Assembly (NCBI GenBank): GCA_002104905.1
Contig: MCFE01000376.1
Location: 1-64,000, forward strand
Direction of reading: 5' to 3'
From: Basidiobolus meristosporus CBS 931.73
Lineage: Eukaryota > Fungi > Basidiobolomycota
DNA length: 64,000 nucleotides
Shown here: positions 11,734 to 24,937 of the stretch, piece after piece
How positions within the stretch are numbered: the first letter of the stretch is position 1
Layout: every line of letters starts with the position of its first letter
The notes under the pieces: generated by a model
Seen by the model: only the letters and a program-made list of their open reading frames with translations
Databases searched by the model: none
What the model was told of the DNA's origin: nothing
Position numbers and translations under genes: made by a program

Positions 11734-12139
11734 AGAAACCATGCCCACCTCCAACTGTTTATACCCATGCATTTCATTGTTGCACTTTCAGTACTTAGCT
11801 TTTGTCACTAGACGTTCGGAATCTCTATTACATAGCATTCTTGAAGATTCGATTGGATATATTACAATAAACCATTGATATCCCAATACGGCTTAGGGGC
11901 TGGAATCATTTATTAGAAGTAACGTCTCTATTTACATCCCTCTGCGTGCGAAGGACAGCAAACAACAAACACATTGGTAACTTGGTAAGGCAAATCTATG
12001 TGTATCGCGAAAAAAGGTTTATAAAAGTCTCGTTGATATCTGGGTGAACGTATCGAAGACCACACCATAGGCTCATCGAAATATGCGTGACATTTGCTAT
12101 TTGGTCGACATTTGAATGGGAGATGGGTATCCATCAGGA

Positions 12140-12865
12140 CTATGGCATCACGGATACGTAGAGCGTCTCGACTGCATCCTGTATCAGTTCAGTGTCGGCA
12201 GTTGAAATCTCCCACCAAGCTTTCCCGCTTTTAACCTCGAACAGAGTTTCCTGCATAACTTGGGAGCTCAGGAAAACCGACACCCCGGCCAGGACTTGGG
12301 GTGGGTACATCAGACATAGAGGGGTCTTGATGAAATCGTTTGTGAATGCAATTGCCGACAAAGCCTGCTTTGGGGTGGCAGCGCACCGAGCAAGGATCTC
12401 AAATAAAAAGCTGTATGGTAGCTCCAAATTCAAATCGAAGCACAACGTCTCCAAAACCAGCTCTTCATGGTACAGAATGGTCTCTTTCCACCGACGGAAA
12501 TCATCCGAGTTCTCGTCCACCTTGTACGCGTCGTCTTTACGAGCTTTGCGCACCGATATAGTCACCACGTCTCGTAATCTACGCCCCGTTTCCTCTTCCT
12601 TGGATGCCAAAAATAGGCACGTTCCTGCCAGATCATAGTGGTGGTAGGTTCTAAAGCTGTGCCGCATGTAAAACCGCTGGAAATAGATTCCGGCTGTGTA
12701 GATTGTTGTGGGTGGAAGCTTGAGCGTCATTCCTGCGTTAATGATGAAATTGCCCCCTTTCGCACGAAGAATCCGCTCATTTTCCCAAGGCATCCCATCA
12801 AGTATAGTTGGTGTTTTTGCCATGTCATTCTGCGAGAAAAGCCATTGATTGGATTTCGAGCTCAT
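12140..12865 (-). CDS. Transcriptional cyclin (cyclin K/T, Pch1/Bur2-like)
   Basis: QWLF..TPT..DGM...ERILRAKGGNFI...YFQRFYMRHSF...AGTCLFLASKEEETGRRLRDV...EELVLETLCFDL cyclin boxes. The extreme 3' end could include an extra exon. Confidence 0.9.
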   Translation of the reverse strand: MSSKSNQWLFSQNDMAKTPTILDGMPWENERILRAKGGNFIINAGMTLKLPPTTIYTAGIYFQRFYMRHSFRTYHHYDLAGTCLFLASKEEETGRRLRDVVTISVRKARKDDAYKVDENSDDFRRWKETILYHEELVLETLCFDLNLELPYSFLFEILARCAATPKQALSAIAFTNDFIKTPLCLMYPPQVLAGVSVFLSSQVMQETLFEVKSGKAWWEISTADTELIQDAVETLYVSVMP

Positions 12866-13693
12866 CTCCTAATAATATGATAGGAATAACCGATCACCCT
12901 GTTGCAGGGTTTTTTCATCAGCCAATAGAACCAAAAGTACATAGCCAGTAGGGGGAATTACCTCGCTTCGAAATCAATTGAGAATCCAAATGCCAACAAT
13001 AGCTCTAAAAGTAGAAGAAAGTATGCTGGGAATACGAAAGAGGTTACTTCAAGAGGAAAATGGACAATTATGTCGAGGCTTGTACCTACCTCAACACTAA
13101 CCAGATATTGGACAAAATACGCCCAAGTACATAGATATCAAAGTGTGCAAACGTAGCTCTAACTTGGAATTACCAAGACTAGAGGGACCAGCCCTAGATT
13201 CCTCATGAAAAAAGTAACTTGAGTATCTTGTTGTTTAGTCTAATCCGATCCAAGCGTCCTAATCATTCGGTATGGCGTCATAGAATCCCACATTTGAGGG
13301 CCCCCTTGGTCCCAGCGTCAAGGCTAGTTCTCGATTTGAGCACCATTCCTCACATGATTCACAACAATAAATAGTAATACAATGCAGGCAGCTCACAAGT
13401 GTTGCAGGCATTACACTAATTGATTTTCCTCTCTTTATAGAGCTGAGAAGCTCGTTGGGTAACCTGATTTGCATCATACCTTCGTCATCCTACTCTCTGG
13501 AATCGGATCACTGGAAAGAATACTTGATTTTACAGGAGCAGGATGCATGCTAGTTTGACAGTCCAGATTAGAAATTGTTGATTTGAAAGTTACCCTTCTT
13601 TTTAAGGATCAACATTATATCTACCCAATGAATTTTTAACGACTGCTCTTTGAGGTTGCTTTCTCAAATCTGTTCCGTTAATTCCATACTGTT

Positions 13694-15517
13694 ATGATCC
13701 CGCCAAAAGCTAGAGATACCTCAGCACTTGTTGAAGAGAGTTCCTTACATACCAGTCTACTCGGCAGTCCAGTGATATCCATACCGGATTACAGATCAGT
13801 TGCTGATGGGTCTAGCTTTTCCGGAAGTGTGCACGAAAGTGTTGACATCACTGCTAATGATCTCGATCTCACCAATCCAGGTGCCTCGGTGACTTATGAC
13901 ATTTACAAGAACCTTGAGGGCGGTGGACTGACCCGATCCCGAAGCTCTTCTTGTGTGCCTAGCCTGGCTGAAGTCAAAAGGATTTCCAGTTTAAAAGAAC
14001 CTGGTGGTTTTCGAAGAGGCTATATTGCTGAGCAAGCCAAAATTGTGGGCCGTGAGCCACCAAAAGTCGTTGAAAGAAGCTTCTTGGACTATTGGTCTCT
14101 GTATGATCACTTCGCTGGCGAAAATCTAAGCGACAGCGATGAGGAAGAAGAAGAAGAGGAGGAGGAGGAGGAAGGAGAGTCCAGGCCAGGACAAAGCTCT
14201 ACTACTCCGTTGATCCCACGGAGGTCTTCACAAAAGGTGGTTCCTCCCGGGAACGCTTCCCTATCCAAAACGTTCTTCTTGTTGATGAAGTCCTTCATCG
14301 GAACTGGTGTTTTATTTTTACCAAAAGCGTTTTACAATGGCGGCTTGCTGTTCTCCTCCATTGTTCTGATTCTGGTGTCGGTAATTTCCTTGGTCTCCAT
14401 TCTAAAATTGGTCAAGGTACGCTCCATTGTCCCAGGCGGTTTTGGTGAGATTGGTGGAGTACTGTACGGAAAATGGTTGAGATACGTCATTCTGTCTGAT
14501 ATTGCGGTCTCTCAGGTATGTGAAGGCAGCGATTCTTAGCATATATCCACAAGCTAACCCACCTACTACTCTATTTAGATGGGCTTCACCTGTGCCTACT
14601 TCATATTCGTAGCCAAAAATATCAGTGATCTTATATCAACCTGGTCGGAATGCCAGATCGAAGTATCCGAGCATACCTTGATTATGCTCCAACTGTTGGT
14701 CTACATTCCGTTCTCTTTTTTGCGCAAAATGAAGAGCTTTTCCAATGCTGCACTGATCGCTAACATAGCCATCATGTTTGGGCTCGGCTACATCTACATG
14801 ATGGATCTTGGAGCTCTTTTTACTGCTGGCCCGGCTGAAGTTCAGATGTTCAATAGCAAAAGTTTTGGGTTGTTCTTGGGAACCGCATCATTCACCTTCG
14901 AGGGGATAGGGCTGGTGCTCCCTATCGTGAGCTCAATGAAGGAGCCTGAGAAATTCCCAAGATTGATGACAATGGCAATGGCCATTATCTCGATGATCTT
15001 TGTCTCCATTGGTGCGTTATCTTATGCTACATTTGGTGAGAAGACCCAGGCTGTCATCCTACTGAATCTGCCGCAAGTCCCTGCTACGCAAATCACTCAG
15101 ATGCTTTATGTGATTGCCATCATCTTGACCGTCCCTCTGATGATGTTCCCTGCGGTGCGTATTATTGAGCAAGCCGTATTCGGAAGAAAGACCGGAAAGT
15201 ATTCAACAAAAATCAAGGCCGAGAAGAACGTGCTTCGCACACTCCTTTGTCTAGTTGCCTCTGGCATTGCTTACGCTGGCTCTACTAACTTGGACAATTT
15301 CGTTGCGTTAATCGGTGCATTTGCATGTATCCCACTGGCTTTCATATTTCCAGCACTGTTCCATCTAAAGGCAATAGCCAGCAGCCCGCTCGCTAAGCTA
15401 GGCGACTTGAGTCTGATCCTAATCGGACTTTGCACGATGGTATTTGTCACCTTCAACACATTGGCTACTTGGTCTACAGCAGAAGAAGCAAATCGCTGCA
15501 CCCCAGGAATCCCATAA
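13694..15517 (+). CDS. Vacuolar amino-acid transporter, Avt3/Avt4 family (Aa_trans)
   Basis: SLKEPGGFRRGY, YDHFAGENL plus acidic tract, LLMKSFIGTGVLFLPKAFYNGG, FTFEGIGLVLPI; about 11 TM segments; one intron ~14516-14579. Confidence 0.93.
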
Positions 15518-15643
15518 TTCGTTTGAAGAACAACCCGTCGACATTTCACTTCATCTACTTTGTTTAATAACTGCACAACCATATCCATTTAGATTAAAGT
15601 CTGTATTAGATCAAGCAAGTAGTTTACTACAATATGATATTCA

Positions 15644-16890
15644 TCAACCGTGTTGCCAGAAGCTGTAGGTAGTTCCATCAAAGCTGTGTGTATCCAGGAG
15701 ATCAATATCAGCATCGTCCATGCGCCACCCCAAGGCCCCACAGTTTTCTTGTGCCTGCTTTAGATTCTTGGCCCCAGGTATAGGGATGACTCCTTCGCGA
15801 AAGTTAGCATTGATCGACCAAGTCCATGCGAGTGAAAAATACCTTTGCATATCACCCAATTGAGAGCAATCTGGGGGACTGTCTTTTCGTATTTCAACGC
15901 CAATTGTCTTAATACATCCAAGAGAGGCTCAATATCGTTCATCGAGTAATTGCCAAATTTACGTCCGCTCGGGGGCGGGTTGGTGGCGCTATATTTACCC
16001 GTCAACCTTCCCATACCTGAAGTTACAATGCGATTAGTGAAACGGACGCAAAGCGGGTAGCGTTCAACGTACCTAGAGGCGAATAGGCCAAGACTTCAAC
16101 CCCCATCTCCCGGCAGGCACGGATCAATCCATTTGTTTCTGGATACCGACGGAGTAAACTGAACTCAATTTGATTGGTTGCCAATTGAATCCCTCTTTCC
16201 TTCAATGCCTTGTACATCCGGGTTGTCTCGTCAATTGAATAATTGGAGACACCAACCGTTCTTACCAAGCCAGCATCCACAGCATCAGCCAGTGCATCCG
16301 CAAGAACCTCGATTGATCTTAGGTGAATAGGCCCGTGGATCTGGTACAGATCAATTTGCTTCACTCCCAGCCTCTCCATGGATTGTTGGAGGGCAGAAAA
16401 TAGTGAGGAAGGATATCTAAAACGCCAAGGAAGCGGCAGAAATTTCGTGGCTATAACCATACTTTCCCTCTCGGGCTTGCCTTCCCAGTGGGTCAGCAGA
16501 CGCCCAACGATCCTCTCACTTTCACCCTGACCGTATATCTCTGCAGTGTCGAAAAAGGTTATCCCGCGTGTAACCAACTCGTCAAAAGCTTGCTTTATGT
16601 CATTCTCGGTATGTGTAATAGAATACCCCCTGATTGGAAAGAAGAAATGTTGGTTGGATTGGCTTAGAGCTGGACGCAGTTCGACGATTACCATTTGGAT
16701 TCATCTCCCCAAGACCAAGTTCCAATTCCTGACAAAAAAAGTTACGCTCAAGTCGAAGATAGGTTTTGTAATATGGTCTAGTACCCATGGGTGGCACCTG
16801 AATCTTATTTCCCAAAGCGATGGTGGTTGTTGTGGTGGGGATCAGGTTTTCACCACTATAAGCGCCCTCAGCGGAAGTGGAGGAGGACAT
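15644..16890 (-). CDS. Aldo-keto reductase (pyridoxal reductase-like subgroup)
   Basis: Spliced VPPMG|IGTWSWGD..W|GY...FFDTAEIYGQGESE, IATKF, IDLYQIH, VGVSNYS, LAYSPL, QIALNWVICKG, IPIPGAK; ends SFWQHG*. Confidence 0.93.
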
Positions 16891-17146
16891 GAAGCTTGCA
16901 GTGAAGCGTAAAGACTTACGAAGGTTGCTTGTGAAGAAGAGACGAGAAGGGCCAACAGGTTTGGGGAAATGCGAACGTGCAGAGCTTAACAGCAAGTTCA
17001 TTGACCGTATTGAAATCCGGGACGACCGCATATACATTAAGACGAATGATTTCGAGTTTATTGGATATTTCCAGCTGATTGCAATCACTATACATTGAGT
17101 AATTTACATGGATCGTATAAAAATATGGCATTTCTTTGGGGAAATG

Positions 17147-18723
17147 TCAGAGTGGTTCACTATGGTAATTTGCAAGGTATTCGGCAACATACATGGGCGC
17201 ACTCATGCAACGGTCTGATTCGCTGTCGTACTTGGCATTAATACGGGAGTGTGACGTTGGGTCTTCAAGACATTCCAGTAGTTGACCTGCACAGTAAAAT
17301 AAGGACGTTTCTTCGTAACCCGAGTAATGTACATGTGTTAAGGTCTTGAAGTGACAGTGGGTTAGTCAAGTGTAGATGGGTAGGGACCGAGGAGAAAACA
17401 TACCCATTCGTCCTTTTCTAACATCTTCATGGCAACATAATAGCAGCAAGCAGCTATCAATGATGCCGGATAGGAAATAAAGTACTCATACATAATGGTG
17501 ACCTCGGTCAGGTATTCTCCTAAAGAGTAAACACTAGGGTCGTATTTGTCGCACTTGGCGATACGTCTCAAGAAATTCAAAGGCCCAGGAAACCCTAGCT
17601 CATAGTTAAGCATGTTGACCATGAACCGCTCGGCTTTCTGAAGCTCTTCACGAGCATACGTATGGCCAGTCATATACACCATGGAGCTAACAGTAGGCGC
17701 ATCTAATTCTTCATACTTGGCTGCAATGAATAATGCAGTTATTCCAACAAGCTGCAATTTATCGATGGAGATCTCTTTGACGGATAAGAATCTGTCTATA
17801 TAATTGACGCACAAATACAACGTTTCCGGTAACATTCTAAATCGCTCATGAACTTGTATTATCCAGTCAAGCAAGATCCGTCGCATCCGCCATTCAAGCT
17901 CCGGTTGATGCTCCATATAATTGTCGCTAGGAAGCATCTTTAGCTATATCAGGGTAGTGCCAGTTAGTACCGGCTGATCCGAAGAACAGTTGGCCCCTTA
18001 CCTCCAGTTCTTTCATATACATAAATATATCATCGGAGTATTCGGAAACCATTCCTATGTCGCCCTTATCCCGCTCCTCGATGGATTCAATGGACTGGCT
18101 ATGCTGGGGAGAGATCGCGCCTGGCGAGACTGGGGTCATGATTTCACTACTAGGCTCTGGCGAGGTAGGGATCATGACTTCACTATTGGATGCCGGGCAG
18201 ACTCGCTCTTCCCTAGGGTGCGATTGTGGCGATGGAAACTGAAAGTCTGCAGAACGCGATTCGTAATCCGAAATACTGTCCACCGTATCCCCATCAGTGA
18301 GTAGAGGACTCGAACTCATGTGTCCTTCATGTATTGGCTGGATATAATGGCTTATATTTTCCTCCCTTAGCTGCTCCTCGTAATCGGGAATATAACTCCT
18401 CGAATCCGAGCCAATCCCGTCGGCAGTGGCAACATGAGGGAGTGAGCTATTTGGGGTTGGAAAAGGGCTTGTAAGGTCAGAACATGGTGGGGAAGGTTCA
18501 ATGGATGTAGCTTTGATCGGAGAGGCATATTCATGATTCCCATTTGCGCCCTAAATATATACATACATCAGTAAGCATGTTCTACCTCTGAGGTGTATGG
18601 CATAAATACCCTAGTATTGCTTATATCTTGTAGTGCTCTTCGCGTGGTCGCATTGATACCACCTATATTCCCGGCAAGAGTAGAGTCGTCTGGTGCTTGG
18701 GAGGTTGGTACAATATCCACCAT
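17147..18723 (-). CDS. B-type (mitotic) cyclin
   Basis: Destruction box RRALQDISN near the N-terminus; VSEYSDDIFMYMKELE; QPELEWRMRRILLDWIIQVHERFRMLPETLYLCVNYIDRFLS...LQLVGITALFIAAKYEE. The last exon, after intron ~17344-17404, ends HSEPL* at 17147. Confidence 0.93.
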
Positions 18724-19789
18724 TCCAGAAATGTATATACTATTAGCAAGTAGAGTCCAATACAAAGAAGCAAATATCCAGGGCACTGGTAAAGCAAAGA
18801 TGATACGTAGGAAGGGTGTAAATAGGTGATAATGATAAAGGCGTACTAACGAGTCAAAGATCTACAAGACTGCATTAAATAATGGGGGGCGAAGGCGTTT
18901 TGTCAACAAGCTAGACCTACAGAGAATATCCACCATGGGGGTTTTAAAGCACAGCGATACCTCGAATCGAAGATTAGATCATGTATCAAACAATACCCAT
19001 TAACGATACTCGCAGTAAACAATAAGGGGAATCACAGTTTAAGGATGCCCACTATATCGCCTATGTTGATCATGACGGGAAGATCAAAGAATCTTTTCCG
19101 CAACGTTCGACCACATAAGGTGAGCAGCATTCCTCGATGAAAAGTAGCCAAGAGGTGCTTAAACCATGCGTATTCTTCTTGAACCGCTGCTAGTATACTG
19201 GACACAAGCCACCTCCTACTTTTAATTAATAAGAAACGCAATGATCGGTCAAGATATCGGTTTAGATCTTTTGGCAGGCTGCAAGCAAACTCTTCAGTCG
19301 GCTAAATCCCGCGGCACATTTGGAGGCGTTTCAAGTTTGCCAATATTTTGCGAAACCGAATCCAGATGAAAACTATCCTTTTTGGAACGATGCAATTCAT
19401 TTATTTTCCACCACATTGATCCTTGTCATGATTACCCTCGAATTCCTGATTAGTTTCCCAGCAGGTGTTGCTGCTTACGTTGGTGCTGTCGATGCGCGGA
19501 GATTGCTCGGGATTTCACATGGGCAGAGTAAACACAGCTGTCTCGTTTGAAACTATATCACAAATAATCCAACCTGCTTTCAATTGAGAGGATGCTATAT
19601 CACAGCCTACTCCAGATTGAGGGTAGTCAGTATGACACTGCTTCTGCGATTACGTTGTTTCGATTGTTGCAGTATTTATTAATCAAAGTGTTTTCCACGA
19701 GATCAACGGTATCCATCTGATAAATCTGAAGAGATCTCGGTTACAAGCACATGCGCAGATGACGAAGCGGTGGCTTTGGAGGCACACGA

Positions 19790-22387
19790 TTAGGCAGAAG
19801 TATCGAACAGCATATCAATATACTGTTCCAAGGAATCCCTGTCGTATTTGATGTATTTGCTTGGGTTCTTACTAAATTCAGTCTGCCGATACCTATTCAA
19901 CACACATTAGCGATAGGCCAGGCGCCAGAAGAAGTCGGACGACAGTACTTCTCTACGAAACGTGAATACATCGGTAATACCAAATTCTTGATGTTGCGAA
20001 TGATATGTTGACGTAACTCCGGATCGGGGATGGAGTAGGACTTCTGCATACGGAAGAGCTCTTCGAAATCGTTGTTGAAATTCTACGGAACAGTGCTCAG
20101 TATTTCGGATCCTACACCACCTGAACACTACGCTGATTTACCTTGAACTTTTCTTTAATCGCTGCTCGTTCGGAACCTGTTAAATTACTTTTCAAAACTC
20201 CTCCTCGGACATATGTTACATCCATGAGGTATTCGACGACCGACTTCCAACTGCAGCATGGAACCGCTATTAGTGGGCTGATGAGGTTTCAATGTGATCT
20301 CTGGTTGGCGTTACCATTCTTGATATGCATCTTGCTGCTTCTTGTTGAGTTTCTCATATTTCGAAACCATTTCTGACCCTAGGATGCTTTCCAACTTGGT
20401 GCTACGGATTACCTTGAGCAGATAGTGGTAGTTGTTCATGAGAAACACCGTCCCTAGGTATGGCTTCTTGTAGCCCTTGGCTTTTTCATTGATGTTGGCG
20501 ATGACCACATCCAACACATTCGCTAGTTTGTTTTGCTGATGTCAGATAGCGGAAGTGGAGTCAATCAGCCAAGCCCAACTAACCAAAATACTTGCGAACT
20601 ACGGCTTGGTCAGCCAATGCATCTTGGACGAGCCCGTTCGTCAACAGCGATACGACGGTTTCTTGGTAGTCCAGCAAGCGCTTGCAATGGTTCAGAACCT
20701 GGTACAGAGTAGCATGAGTACAATAGCGGTGTAAAGCCTAGGCGTGCTTACTCACATTACTGGTTAATTCATGAACAGTACCGTCCTTGGATAGCTCGAT
20801 TTGTCTAGCAGCAGAGTTCTGAGGGGGAAGAGGACGTTAGGATTGGTTCCCTGGGGGGGGGGAATACACACATACTCGAATATCTTCCAAAAATTCTTCA
20901 AACGAGCGGATGGCCACTGTACGGAAGGTCTTCCACAAGTCATTGAGTGAGTTTTGCTGGCTTCCCGTTTTCTGGCAGAGCAATCTTGGTCACCAAGGTG
21001 AACTGGGGATGATCGGAAGATAGCCTACTTACCGCGAGAATGCGCTCAAATTGCGGCATCTCACTCTGGAAGTTTTCAATCACATCCAAGAGCATGAATA
21101 TTCCGGCCTGGATATTTCTTCGAACTTGAGTTACCAGGGTCTCTCCTGTCTCTATGTACTGCTTCAATGAAGGAGCCACAGTGTCGCGGAAAGTGTTTTG
21201 GATGAAATTCTCTGGCATCAGCTTCTGGACAAGTATGTATTCTGTCTATAGAGCATGGTGTGCGTGAATCTCTGTGTACGTACACATCCTCAAGCGAACA
21301 CAAGACAAACCTCTAAAGCCTTGATGAGGACTTTGGTCATTAGGATCATTGGACTCGTTCCTTGTTGGTATGTTTTGGCTGATTCTCTAGAGCCCGAGCT
21401 GACAGTTTGACTAATGGCCGAGAAGGATTTTACCAAGTAGTTCGAACGGATGTCGGAATATATCTTGGATAACTCCACTCTCATGTCTATGTCAGACTCT
21501 GAGTTGGAAAGGTATACGCAGAGATTCGAGAGTTTCTGCAATTCGCTGGGTGCGATAATGGGAATGTCTGGTTACGGAATATCAGTAATCTCTCAGGTGG
21601 CTATATGAAGTTCATGGAAACAACCTTGGTCGACGTACTCCGTTGGATCGATTTCAGTGGTATTTGCTTGTAGTCCTTTGCGAAATAGTTCCTTCAGTTG
21701 TTGAAGTGCGACTTTCAATAATTGTTTCTACACAATGCTCGTATCAGAGTAAAAGACTAGTTTGGTATATTGCACAGACTCTACTACCAATTGAACCATC
21801 ACTTTTTCAGCACTCTTCAGTCGAGTTTGGGAAAGAAAATGAAGGGCATTCTTGACATTGTTCATAGATTGGTAGTATGGCATAAGATTGTTGTCATCGG
21901 GACTGTTCAATATCGAGCAAACGGTTCAGAATAACTTTGCCCATTGCGCAGCAGTAGGAAACTTGCTTACCCAGCCAAAATAACTTTCTCTTCACGGACA
22001 GCTAGGTCGAAATATTGCAGGATGTTTTCTACCGAGTAAGTGGTCCTGTCGAGATCTTAAACAAGGTCAAGAATGTTATTTCCTGTAGTCAGTGTGATGA
22101 TGAGTAAAGAGCTTCTTCGTAAGGATACTGTCCACAACGCGGGAGAGTTTTTGTGTGGATTTGTGAATGGGCAATATCGAAGCCTCAAGTTTAAGGAGTC
22201 TATCGTCGAAAGACCGTAACATTCCAACCTTTCAGTTCACGTTGAGTTAACTGCTACAGGGTAGGTAAACAAATGAGAGTACCGTAGTGTCAGTCAATAG
22301 GTCTGCGCGACGTAAGCTATCTTGGAGAAATTCCAACTCCGCTACATCCTCGTCAATTTTTCGTTGTTGCTCATGTTTATGTTTCAT
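19790..22387 (-). CDS. EXO70: Exocyst complex subunit Exo70, many exons
   Basis: IDEDVAELEFLQDSL; SFDDRLLKLEASILPIHKSTQ; LSKDGTVHELTS; FLMNNYHY; RSAIKEKFK|NFNNDFEELFRMQKSYSIPDPELR; FSKNPSKYIKYD. Start codon uncertain. Confidence 0.93.
22056..22128 (-). other. Candidate U12-type (minor spliceosome) GT-AG intron in EXO70
   Basis: Minus strand: donor GTATCCTTAC, branch-like TTCTTGAC ending ~11 nt before the AAG acceptor, no polypyrimidine tract. Splicing restores VVD|NLDRTTYSVENILQYFD. Confidence 0.7.
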
Positions 22388-22736
22388 CTTTATCGGATGA
22401 TGCCAAGTCCAAGTGTCGTGAAAATCGAATACGTTTTTCTCTATCAAACAGTGTTGAGAAACTCAGTCACGGCATGGCTCATCATTTCTTAGGTGATAAT
22501 TGGACCAATGCACGAGAAGCAGTAAACGTTTTGTGTAAACTACGCTGTAGCTGCTTAAGCAAGATCAACCACACAAATTACCAAAACTTGGTTTCGAGCA
22601 TAATATTTATTCCGAAAATCCGAATATAACCGGTCTCTGGATTTTGTTACACCATTCGGTAGACATAAAGAGACCTTCGCCTCCTCATGACATGAATCAT
22701 ATCCTCAGTATTGAACTAAACCAGTACTAATAGCAG

Positions 22737-23999
22737 ATGGCTCTTCTTCAAACTCGTAGGGTTTTTCGACTGGTTCTCGCTGGGTTGCATAATTGGTGTC
22801 GGTTGATCACCCTAGACATTGATGTGAGCAACCCAGATTACGGAACTGAATATCTTTATTTTGGCCCGTTTCTGGACATTCAGATATCCACCTCTGCTCA
22901 GAGCCTCTGGAGCGAGATGCCGGTCACTCGAACATTCAGTAAAGGCCTCATTAAGAGTATATCTGCCAACAATGCCTAAAGTATGTTAACAGGGGAGTCG
23001 GGCACGGTGTTCAACTCCAAACTAAACCTCCGCACATCGTCCCTGAAACTACACAAATCCTCCGGCATGGACTCATATGCATTATCGTTTACCTTCGACA
23101 CGAGAGATGAGTGCTGCATTCAATTGCACTGGGTAGCAAAGGAGTGTCAAAGTCCCCAGGCAGGAGCCTAGTATGGCAGGATCAAGATATTTTTTATTCA
23201 ACCCATTATAGTAACCAAACCCTAGTCTCGAGCAGAAATACCCGGATTCACCCTCCTCAGTCACCTACTCCTCAGGAATGGCACAGCAATTTCTGTCCTC
23301 GGAAGATCAATTGTTGCAGGTGAGCAAATACCGATTCGACGAGCTAGTAATGCAACCCAAGATCAGCGATTTCCGAAACCCCCCTGTTCTAACGGTGGAT
23401 AACCAAGACATATCCGAATCCGTGGATCAGGTCTGCCAGGAGCTTGGGGATGTCTGGTACCCACTCGTGATAACTATGGTGACAAAAGGTACAGCAACCC
23501 TACACATCCCCGCAATCCCCAAACGCCGCTAATGACATAAATCAGACACGCCCCATATGGCTCTCCTGACCTTTTGCAACCTCGTTGCAAACGATGAGCA
23601 TGAATATGAGATTCAGCCATTGAAGCAAAAGCTCTATGTACTTTTCGCAACCTCCTCCGGCGCGCGTTTGTGTACTAACTCTTATCCTTAGATCGAAGAT
23701 ACTGCCTTTCTGGTACAAAAGATATATGGCCGGTCACAGGCCGACCAAAAGGATGAGTTCGTAAGAAACGAGGCCAATGAATGCACCATTTGCTTGTCCG
23801 ACGAAATCACCACTGCTCTACTCCCTTGTCGGCATTCTTGCCTATGTAAGGAATGCGCTGAAGATCTACGATCTAGATCCAATCGTTGCCCTATATGCCG
23901 TCGAAGTAAGTCCGTCCGTCCATATGCCCTCCATGTGCGATGTCGCCAACCTGGTTTCTCAATCTAGCCTTTCATTCCATGTTGCTGATCACTCCCTGA
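22737..23999 (+). CDS. MGRN1: MGRN1/RNF157/LOG2-type C3HC4 RING E3 ubiquitin ligase
   Basis: LNLRTSSLKL, FTFD, YSSGMAQQF, PLKQKLY|IED..FLVQKIYG and RING ECTICLSDEITTALLPCRHSCLCKECAEDLRSRSNRCPICRR|TFHSMLLI after splicing. Confidence 0.88.
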
Positions 24000-24147
24000 T
24001 CCTCGAAGCAACAAGATGTATGACGGATTCAAATGCAACGGATATTTTATTAGAAAAATGCAACAGTCGAGTAAATAAACAATCTGCAAAGAGGAAACGG
24101 ATGACTGGTATATATACTCTTGGACCTCTTATTGTTCGTGATCATGT

Positions 24148-24910
24148 CTATGCAGATGGCTTCTCCTTGGACTCTTCCTCGGCTTCAGGGGAAATGATGT
24201 TCTCCTTGATAAGAAGTTGCTCCAATTCTCCGGATTGATGCATGTTCAGCATAATGTCGCATCCGCCAACGAACTCCCCTTTGATGTAGACTTGGGGGAT
24301 GGTTGGCCAGTTGCTAGATTAAATCTGTACTTAGTTTTGAATGAACCAGCTGAACTACTTGGATGATGCTTACGAGTATTCTTTAATGCCATTTCTGAGC
24401 TCAGGATCCTCCAAGATATTGAAGGATTTGATGTTCTTCACGCCTAGAGAGTAAGGTTGTCAGTTAACCAAACGAATTGAACTAGACCACAAGTATATTT
24501 ACCATGAACATCAAGAATAGCTGCAACAGCCCGGCTGAAACCGCACTATAGACTGGACTTTAGTAAACAAGCCTGAGAAAGGTGTAGCAATTGAGTGGCT
24601 TACCATGGGCTCAGCAGGAGTACCTTTCATGAAAAGACAAACATCGTTTTCTTTGATGGCCTACGGTTACAAAGCTTGTGTTGGTCGGGAGAGGGCAGCA
24701 CGTGTGGTGTACTGTTCTTACCTTGTCGATAGATTGCTTGAGATCGTCAGAGAGGAATCTAACAGAGACTGCAGATTGGGGGCCAACAAGGAATTGCTTG
24801 GTGAAAAGGCTGGGGCGAGCAGCCTAGAAAAGGGAATAAGTTTACGGAGTACCCAAGTATGACCTACAAATTGCGCATACCAAGCGAGAAGTCAGGCGGA
24901 GGGCGTTCAT
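24148..24910 (-). CDS. GRX5: Mitochondrial monothiol glutaredoxin
   Basis: Presequence [10 protein letters not shown]|AARP...; [10 protein letters not shown]|CGFS; [15 protein letters not shown]|[20 protein letters not shown]; split over several short exons. Confidence 0.95.
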
Positions 24911-24937
24911 GGCAAATGTACTGCAAGGTGTACGTTA

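Noticed and set aside
12080-12165. GTATCC-type donor near the cyclin K/T 3' end as a minor intron
   Set aside because: The sequence is GTATCCGT, no U12 branch site follows, and the ORF closes normally at 12140.
16877-17098. Protein-like charged ORF on the + strand
   Set aside because: It is the antisense of the CT-rich 5' UTR/promoter of the aldo-keto reductase and has no family motif.
12140-18723. Two cyclin genes within 7 kb as a cell-cycle cluster
   Set aside because: They belong to distant subfamilies (transcriptional K/T vs mitotic B) and are separated by unrelated genes, so proximity is probably chance.
19032-19550. Small ORFs between cyclin B and EXO70
   Set aside because: No motifs, non-ATG starts and no convincing splice structure.
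5160-24910. Metal/cofactor homeostasis cluster (copper-fist factor, CBA1-like, GRX5)
   Set aside because: Interspersed with unrelated housekeeping genes, and no shared upstream motif could be identified.
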